DNA of 64,000 nucleotides from an uncultured Nannocystaceae bacterium (GTDB lineage Bacteria; Myxococcota_A; Bradymonadia; UBA7976; UBA1532): NCBI GenBank assembly GCA_964402225.1, contig CAYOBQ010000008.1, positions 4,293 to 68,292 of the forward strand, read 5' to 3'. Shown piece by piece: positions 58,469 to 64,000 of this stretch (position 1 is its first letter; each line of letters starts with the position of its first letter). The notes under the pieces were generated by a model. It saw only the letters and a program-made list of their open reading frames with translations, ran no database searches and was not told where the DNA came from. The position numbers and the translations under genes were made by a program.

Positions 58469-60997
58469 TCAGTTCCCCACCTGTGGGATCTCGCCCCGCG
58501 CGGCCATGTCCAGGAAGCGGGTGGCGTCGCCGTTGGCGGCGGGGACCTCGAAGGTGACGTGGTGCCCATCGACGCCAGCGGGGGGACCGTACTGGCGGAT
58601 GACCAGCGTGAGATCGACGCCGTCGAGGCGAACGTTGCCCGCGAGGGGCGCCGGCTGTGCCTCGAGCCCCACGTCGTCGGGCGGGTTGGCCGACGCGTCG
58701 GCTTCGACCTGCTGCAAGCCTGCCGTGCGCGCGAAGTCGCGGATCGTGACGTTGGGCGTGAAGGTGTCCCCTCTGCCGTAGGGCACGAAGACGTGCTTGG
58801 CCGGCACGTCCTCCGGCGGCTCGAAGGCGAGCATCCGCGCGAAGTGCAGGGGGTCTGCGGGATCGCTCCAGTGCTGGAGGAGCGCGAGGACTGGGTGCAT
58901 GTGGCGCCCCTCGCCGCCGCGCAGGCGTCCCTCCTCGTCGGCGTCGTTGATGACGAAGGGGACGGCGCGCGAGATGTCGACCGGGTTGCGCTTGTTGATC
59001 AGCGCTTGAATCAGGCCGCCGCCGTTGCCCGACAGGACCGCCGCCTTGAACTCCGGCGCGTAGGGCAGACCCAGGCTGCCGTGGAGGCTGCCCTGGGACT
59101 GGCCGAAGTAGACGACCGCCTCCGAGTTGACGCGGAAGGCGCGACCGCCGCTGTCCTCGGCGCTCACGTCGAGGGCCGCGGCGAGGCGAGCCAGCCCGAC
59201 CAGATCGGCGGCCCCCTGGATGGGGTTGCCGCGCGCCGCCGCGGGGTTCGCGAAGTTGAAGAAGAGGTCCTTCGGCTCACGCTCGGATCCACCGCGACGC
59301 GTGCCGTGCTGGACCTGGTCGATGCCCAGCACCATCATCGACGCGGGGCTCAGCGCCCCTGCGACGGCGGGCTGCAGGTGGGTGCGGAAGTGACCGCCCG
59401 TGCCGTGGCCGAAGACCGCCATCGCCCAACCCGCCTCCGGCATCTCGCCGGTCGGCACCGTCAGGCCGAGGCAGACGTCCTCCGAGCGGGCCGGCTCACC
59501 ACCGCGGACATCGCCGCCCTCATCGGGCGTGAGGTAGGGCGCCGTCCCGTGCTGAAAGACGGGCAGGGTGACGAGGGCGTGGTACTCCTCGTAGGCGTCG
59601 GTCGGCGCCCCGCACGCGCGCGCCCCCTCTGCCTGCGGGCAGGGCGAGGCGATCCCCTCGTCACAGCGCACCCAGTTGGCGACGTTCGGCACCGGCTGCG
59701 CCCGCGCGGCGGCGGCGACCTCGGCCATCAGGTCGCGCACCGGCGCCACCGTGAAGACCGTCGCGACGAGCAGTGAGTCGGCGTCGTAGTCCGGATCGGC
59801 CTCGAGGTGGGCGCGCAGCGGGGCATAGGCGTCCCACGCGCGGCCGAGCGCGGCGTCGGCCGGGCGGGCCTCGGCCAACATCGCCTCGAAGTGCGGAGAT
59901 CGAAGGATCGCGGCCCCATCGGCATCGAGCCCCTCGCGGGAGAGCCACACCGCGTAGGTGTGACCGGGCACCAACGGGAGGCCGGCACCGCGACGGACGG
60001 CGAACCAGTTGTGGCAGACGTAGTTGTTCCCGCTGCCGAAGTAGAACCAGCCGTGCCCGTTGGCCCGGCCGTTCAGGTCGTCGCCCGGCGTGATGTCGAC
60101 GAACCGAGTCCGCGGCGGCGACCCTTCCGGGGTGCGGAAGCTCGCGAAGTCGATGCCGCCAGAGAAACGGAAGACGACGGTGGGCGAAGCGCTCCAGCCT
60201 CGGAAGTCGCGGACGATAGCGTCGGTGTAGCGCTTGACGGGGTCGAAGCCCAGCAGGCCTTCCCCGGGCGTAGGGAAGTTGCTGAAGTCGGGCTTGCCGT
60301 CGGCGTCGAGGGCGGCGTCGTTGGGTGATGGCAGGCGAAAGTAGTCTCCGCCGCCGAAGTCCGCGGCGCCGGGGACGTCGAAGTAGGCGCGGACCCCATC
60401 CTCGGTGGGCGAGGCGCACTCGATGCCGGTGCCGGAGGGCCCGCCGAGGAATGGTGGAACGCCGACCGGCGGCGGCACACACTGACCGCCGAAGCAACCG
60501 AGGCCGGCTCTGCAGGCCGCGCTGCTCGGGCACACCCCGCCCACGTCTCCTTCACCCTCCGGGACGCATTGGATGGCGAAGCCCGCCAGCCCGCAGCGGA
60601 ACCCGCGGAGGCAGTCCAGATCGCTCTCGCACGCCGTGCCCTCGGCGCCAGCGCCCTCCTGCACGGGGAGGCAGGCGCCCTGGACGCATTGCAGCCCGTC
60701 ACCGCACTCGACGGCGATGTAGCAGGGGCGGCCCTGATCGAGGCTGCCCGCCGGCTCGCACGCCCCGGACTCGCAGGCCAGGCCCCGACGGCAGTCGTCG
60801 GTCGACTCGCAGGCCTCTCCGATGCCGCCCTCCGACGGCAGCTCCGGTGTGCCGCCCATCCCCCCCATACCTCCGCCCCCGCCGCCGCCGCCCTGCCCCG
60901 GGCCAGCGTCCGGGAAGGCCAGCCCGGGCGGGAGCACGGGCTCAGAGCAGCCAAGGGCGACGAGACCGAGCAGAACGAGACCAGGTACGCGTTGCAT
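58469..60997 (-). CDS. Secreted lipoprotein with poly-Gly linker, EGF-like Cys-rich repeats and alpha/beta-hydrolase (lipase/esterase-like) domain
   Basis: MQRVPGLVLLGLVALGCSE lipobox (inside ORF ..61054). GGGGGGGGMGGMGG. Repeated C.....C..GL.C..G.C modules. VFGHGTGGH and nucleophile-elbow-like YFGQSQGSLHGSLGL (GxSxG). The antisense ORF 58559..59776 was rejected. Confidence 0.65.
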   Translation of the reverse strand: MQRVPGLVLLGLVALGCSEPVLPPGLAFPDAGPGQGGGGGGGGMGGMGGTPELPSEGGIGEACESTDDCRRGLACESGACEPAGSLDQGRPCYIAVECGDGLQCVQGACLPVQEGAGAEGTACESDLDCLRGFRCGLAGFAIQCVPEGEGDVGGVCPSSAACRAGLGCFGGQCVPPPVGVPPFLGGPSGTGIECASPTEDGVRAYFDVPGAADFGGGDYFRLPSPNDAALDADGKPDFSNFPTPGEGLLGFDPVKRYTDAIVRDFRGWSASPTVVFRFSGGIDFASFRTPEGSPPRTRFVDITPGDDLNGRANGHGWFYFGSGNNYVCHNWFAVRRGAGLPLVPGHTYAVWLSREGLDADGAAILRSPHFEAMLAEARPADAALGRAWDAYAPLRAHLEADPDYDADSLLVATVFTVAPVRDLMAEVAAAARAQPVPNVANWVRCDEGIASPCPQAEGARACGAPTDAYEEYHALVTLPVFQHGTAPYLTPDEGGDVRGGEPARSEDVCLGLTVPTGEMPEAGWAMAVFGHGTGGHFRTHLQPAVAGALSPASMMVLGIDQVQHGTRRGGSEREPKDLFFNFANPAAARGNPIQGAADLVGLARLAAALDVSAEDSGGRAFRVNSEAVVYFGQSQGSLHGSLGLPYAPEFKAAVLSGNGGGLIQALINKRNPVDISRAVPFVINDADEEGRLRGGEGRHMHPVLALLQHWSDPADPLHFARMLAFEPPEDVPAKHVFVPYGRGDTFTPNVTIRDFARTAGLQQVEADASANPPDDVGLEAQPAPLAGNVRLDGVDLTLVIRQYGPPAGVDGHHVTFEVPAANGDATRFLDMAARGEIPQVGN

Positions 60998-61043
60998 CTT
61001 CCCCCCTTGGTACCCCCATAACGCATGACGTCGATGGGGCGCT

Positions 61044-62150
61044 ATGCTGCGCAACGTGCGGAGCCGCGCGGACCATCCGACAAGCCTCGTTCTCGGGGCG
61101 TTCCTCTGCCTCGCGGGCTGCCAGGCACCCGAGGTCGACTACGCCGGGGGCGGAGCCGCGATCCGCAACGGCACGCCGCAACCCCAAGTGCTCCCGCTAC
61201 CGCCGGAGCAGCAGCTCGCGATCGGCTGGATAGCCGACGTCGCGACGCCCGAGACCTCGTTTTGCACCGGGACGCTGGTGGGCACCCGCGCCGTCGCCAC
61301 GGCCCGCCACTGCGTAGAGGGCCGCGAGCCCGAGGCGCTGCGCTTCGGCGTCGGACGGGAGCCGACCGAGCCGCGAGCGATCTTCCCGGTGGTCGAGGCA
61401 CACCTGCACCCGGCGGAGGACGCGGCGCTCCTCGTCTTGGCGACCGACGCGACCCGGAGGCTCCCCGGTCTGCGCCCGATTCCGGCCAACGAGGCGAACC
61501 TCGACGGCGAGGCGGGCGCGGCGCTGGTCGGGACGCGGGTGGACGTGGCGGGCTACGGGGCGACCCAGGATCCCCAGCGGACGGGCCGTTGGTTCGCCGC
61601 CGTCGAGGTCGACCGCGTCACGCCGAAGTACATCGTGGTCAACGGGCGCGGCGAGCAGGGGCTGTGCTTTGGAGACTCCGGGGGACCGGTCATCGTCTCT
61701 GGAGCGACCGGGGAGCCCGTCGTCGCGGGGGTCGAGCACGCCGGCGAGATGAGCTGCGTCGGGACCGACCAGCTCACGCGCCTCGATCCGATCCAGGACT
61801 GGCTGCGAGAGGTGGCGGCGCCGGCCCTCGCGCAACCCTGCGGCGCCATCGACTACCTGGGTCGGTGCGCCGGGGAGGTGGCCGAGTGGTGTGACGGCGA
61901 CGTCCTCGCACGGGCCGACTGCACGCTGACGGACGAAGTCTGCGGGTACGTCAACGACGAGTCGGGGTTCTACTGCGCGCCCAAGTCGACGTTCCCCGAG
62001 CGCGCCCCCGAGGTCGCTCGCTTCGTCGGCGGTTGCGAATCCACGCCGGGTCCGACGCCCGGTTGGCTGCTCCTACTACTTGGCGCGCTTCTTCATCGCC
62101 GCCACCAGCCGCTCGATGTCGACCCGGTCGTTGGCCCCGGGCGGCGCTAG
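61044..62150 (+). CDS. Trypsin-like (S1) serine protease lipoprotein with MYXO-CTERM-like C-terminal sorting tail
   Basis: LVLGAFLCLAGCQ lipobox. TARHC (His). EDAALLVL (Asp). GDSGGP (Ser). C-terminus ...FVGGCESTPGPTPGWLLLLLGALLHRRHQP.... The last 75 nt overlap the convergent gene 62076..62942. Confidence 0.85.
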   Translation: MLRNVRSRADHPTSLVLGAFLCLAGCQAPEVDYAGGGAAIRNGTPQPQVLPLPPEQQLAIGWIADVATPETSFCTGTLVGTRAVATARHCVEGREPEALRFGVGREPTEPRAIFPVVEAHLHPAEDAALLVLATDATRRLPGLRPIPANEANLDGEAGAALVGTRVDVAGYGATQDPQRTGRWFAAVEVDRVTPKYIVVNGRGEQGLCFGDSGGPVIVSGATGEPVVAGVEHAGEMSCVGTDQLTRLDPIQDWLREVAAPALAQPCGAIDYLGRCAGEVAEWCDGDVLARADCTLTDEVCGYVNDESGFYCAPKSTFPERAPEVARFVGGCESTPGPTPGWLLLLLGALLHRRHQPLDVDPVVGPGRR

Positions 62151-62942
62151 ATGCAGGTACTGCTCGTAGAACTGGATCGCCTCTCGGGTGTGGCCCATCC
62201 GCTCGTGGCAGCGCGCGAGGTTGAAGGCGAGGCGCGCCGATTGGGGGGCGATGTCGAAGGCGCTCTGGAACTCCGCGGCGGCGCCCTCGAGGTTGCCCTG
62301 GAGGTAGAGCTCGCGCCCGATGAGGTAGCGCTTGTTGGCCATCTCGGAGGCGCCGGCCTCCAGTGAATGATCGCTGGCCGGCGCCGCCGGCTTGGGCGCC
62401 GGCGCCGGCGGAGGGGGAGGCGGCTGTGCCCTTCGGCGCTTGCGCTTCGCTCTCCGGGGCTCGGTCTTGAGCGCCACGCCCCCCGGCGCGGTGCCCTGGC
62501 TCGCCATGTCGTCGAGGCCACCGAAACGATCCACGGCCCAGACGAAGTCGACCACCCGCGCCTCGTCGGATCCATCCACGAAGACCTCCGCGATCTGGAG
62601 GACGAAGGGTCCCGGGACGTTGCCCGTCCGGCACTTGCCGAGGAATGTCTCCGCGGCGTTGGGCCCGAGGTCGAAGACCGGATCGTCTCGCATGTCGAGC
62701 TCGCCGCTGGTCCCGCCCCGCGCGCACGTGATGTCGCGCCGCTTGATGAGCAGCGCGTCCTCGCCGAGGTTGCGGATGGTGAAGAGGATGTCGAACTTGA
62801 CGCGCTTGTCCTTGACCCACTCCGCCGACACCTCGAGCACCCCGGGGTGGGTGACGACGGGCTGGTCGTCGAGCCGAATCCGACGACCACCGCAGGCCAC
62901 GCAGACGCAGCCGAGCAGCAGACAGATGAGCGTGTTGCGCAT
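62076..62942 (-). CDS. TPR-repeat lipoprotein (hypothetical)
   Basis: MRNTLICLLLGCVCVACGG lipobox. Pro/Lys-rich linker RRAKRKRRRAQPPPPPPAPAPKPAAP. C-terminal TPR-like AEFQSAFDIAPQSARLAFNLARCHERMGHTREAIQFYEQYL. Confidence 0.6.
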   Translation of the reverse strand: MRNTLICLLLGCVCVACGGRRIRLDDQPVVTHPGVLEVSAEWVKDKRVKFDILFTIRNLGEDALLIKRRDITCARGGTSGELDMRDDPVFDLGPNAAETFLGKCRTGNVPGPFVLQIAEVFVDGSDEARVVDFVWAVDRFGGLDDMASQGTAPGGVALKTEPRRAKRKRRRAQPPPPPPAPAPKPAAPASDHSLEAGASEMANKRYLIGRELYLQGNLEGAAAEFQSAFDIAPQSARLAFNLARCHERMGHTREAIQFYEQYLHLAPPGANDRVDIERLVAAMKKRAK

Positions 62943-63051
62943 TGGTGCCCTCCGAGACGTGTGCACGGCACATTCAATTCACAGCAGGGGGGTCTCGTCC
63001 ACCCGCACGGTGAATCTTGCTTGCGGCGCACGCGCAAAGTAGATCCGGGGG

Positions 63052-63654
63052 GTGGCTCGCCGCCCCTGGGACATCACGCCGACCGCCGCCTTCTGGGTGG
63101 TGGTCGTGGCGCTCTTCGGCTTCTCGGCCTGGTTCACGACCTCGGTCGAGATCCGTCGGCAGGCGCTGAAGACGAAACGCTCCCAGAAGCTCGAGCTGAA
63201 GTCGGGCGAGACGCTGAAGCTCGTCAAGGTCATCGACGGCGACGAGGTCTCGATGCAGCGCGGCGAGGACGTCTTCATCGTCCGGCTGCTCGGCGTGAAG
63301 TGCTTCGACGCGAAGGTGGTCGAGCCCGGGATCAGCGAGTTCGGCGCGGCCTGCGAGTCCGCCGTGCGCCGCGCGCTCTCGGGTGACCGCAAGGTCGTCC
63401 TCGAGTACGACGTGTTCAAGCGAGACAAGGCCGGGCGGGTCCTAGCCTACCTACGGGCTGACGAGCGGGACGTGGGGGAGTGGCTCGCCGACCAGGGTCA
63501 CGCGCTGATCTACACCAAGTACCCGTTCAAACGCATGACGCGGTATCTGGCCGCCCAGGACCGAGCCAACTCGCGGGCGGTCGGGCTGTGGTCGAGCACC
63601 AAGGCCCGCGAGCGCGCCCTCGCCCTGCAAGCCCAATGGAGCCGGCCCAAGTGA
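63052..63654 (+). CDS. Membrane-anchored thermonuclease (staphylococcal nuclease/SNase-like)
   Basis: N-terminal TM AAFWVVVVALFGFSAWF. LKLVKVIDGDEVSMQRGEDVFIVRLLGV...EYDVFKRDKAGRVLAYL...LADQGHALIY matches the SNase fold. Confidence 0.8.
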   Translation: MARRPWDITPTAAFWVVVVALFGFSAWFTTSVEIRRQALKTKRSQKLELKSGETLKLVKVIDGDEVSMQRGEDVFIVRLLGVKCFDAKVVEPGISEFGAACESAVRRALSGDRKVVLEYDVFKRDKAGRVLAYLRADERDVGEWLADQGHALIYTKYPFKRMTRYLAAQDRANSRAVGLWSSTKARERALALQAQWSRPK

Positions 63655-64000
63655 TCCGGCTGCTCTCCATCTTCTTCCGCACGCTGAAGAAACGTCATGG
63701 CGAGGAGCTCTTTCGGCTGCCGATCCTGGTGCTCGCCATCACCGCTTTCTCGTCCTCCGGTTTCCTCTACTTCGAGCTCGGCAACAAGCCGGACCTGACC
63801 TGGGTCGACGCGATCTGGTGGTCGGTCGTGACCATGACGACCGTCGGCTACGGCGACCTCTTCCCCGAGACCTTCGGCGGGCGCTACCTGATCGGCTTCC
63901 CTACGATGCTGTTCGGGATCAGCATCCTCGGCTACCTGCTCTCAGTGGTGGCCACCTACTTGATCGAAGCGCGCGCAAAGGAGCTACGCGGTATGGGTGA
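63636..64000 (+). CDS. Potassium channel subunit, 5'-partial view (runs off window end)
   Basis: Hand translation gives ...DAIWWSVVTMTTVGYGDLFPE (TVGYGD selectivity filter) flanked by TM helices. ATG 63636 (or GTG 63651, which overlaps the nuclease stop as GTGA). No stop before the window end. Confidence 0.75.
   Translation, partial: MEPAQVIRLLSIFFRTLKKRHGEELFRLPILVLAITAFSSSGFLYFELGNKPDLTWVDAIWWSVVTMTTVGYGDLFPETFGGRYLIGFPTMLFGISILGYLLSVVATYLIEARAKELRGMG

Noticed and set aside
61025-61894. 289-aa + ORF and 61197..61835 - ORF overlapping the S1 protease
   Set aside because: Arg/Gly/Pro-rich. The 61044 frame contains the His/Asp/Ser catalytic triad motifs.

Overview
High-GC (about 70%) bacterial chromosomal segment, almost certainly from a myxobacterium (Myxococcota). 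The lineage call rests on three MYXO-CTERM-like tails, a myxococcal Cys-rich repeat, TSP3-repeat surface proteins, a PEGA/AgmX-type Ser/Thr kinase, and many lipoproteins and Tat substrates. Coding density is high on both strands. The ORF track is dominated by long antisense artefacts typical of high-GC DNA; I kept the frame that carries recognisable signal peptides, catalytic motifs or known repeat families.

The window is a cell-envelope and secretome neighbourhood with about 47 supported genes. The most notable features are:
- A roughly 2,340-aa lipoprotein with 16 MopE-like CDGxDNDCDGxxDEG repeats, an RHS/YD-repeat shell, and an uncharacterised C-terminal effector domain. It is interrupted by a frameshift at a G7 tract and is followed 6 bp later by a Ser/Thr kinase.
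- A 1,267-aa cysteine-rich lipoprotein built from tandem modules of about 330 aa, with GE-hexamer linkers at both ends.
- A decayed defence-like AAA_21 ATPase plus RloB pair. The ATPase is frameshifted and the RloB gene is frameshifted with an internal deletion.
- A cytochrome-c-peroxidase-like di-haem protein translationally coupled to a MYXO-CTERM protein.
- A Tat-exported DUF1501 operon whose start region is duplicated. Upstream lies an AT-rich regulatory island carrying three 15-bp direct repeats.
- Three independent frameshifts (MopE/RHS, AAA_21, GHKL ATPase), all at short G/C runs. These may be sequencing indels rather than real pseudogenes.

Housekeeping and envelope genes present include aat, a PhoD-type phosphatase, an AidB-type dehydrogenase, YchJ, YjbQ, an S41 Ctp protease, two S1 proteases, two PlsC-type acyltransferases, a BamA/TamA-type OMP85, a sulfite-oxidase-family Mo-enzyme, an SDR epimerase, a PLP dehydratase, a thermonuclease and a K+ channel.

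No rRNA, tRNA, CRISPR array, integrase or transposase was recognised by eye.
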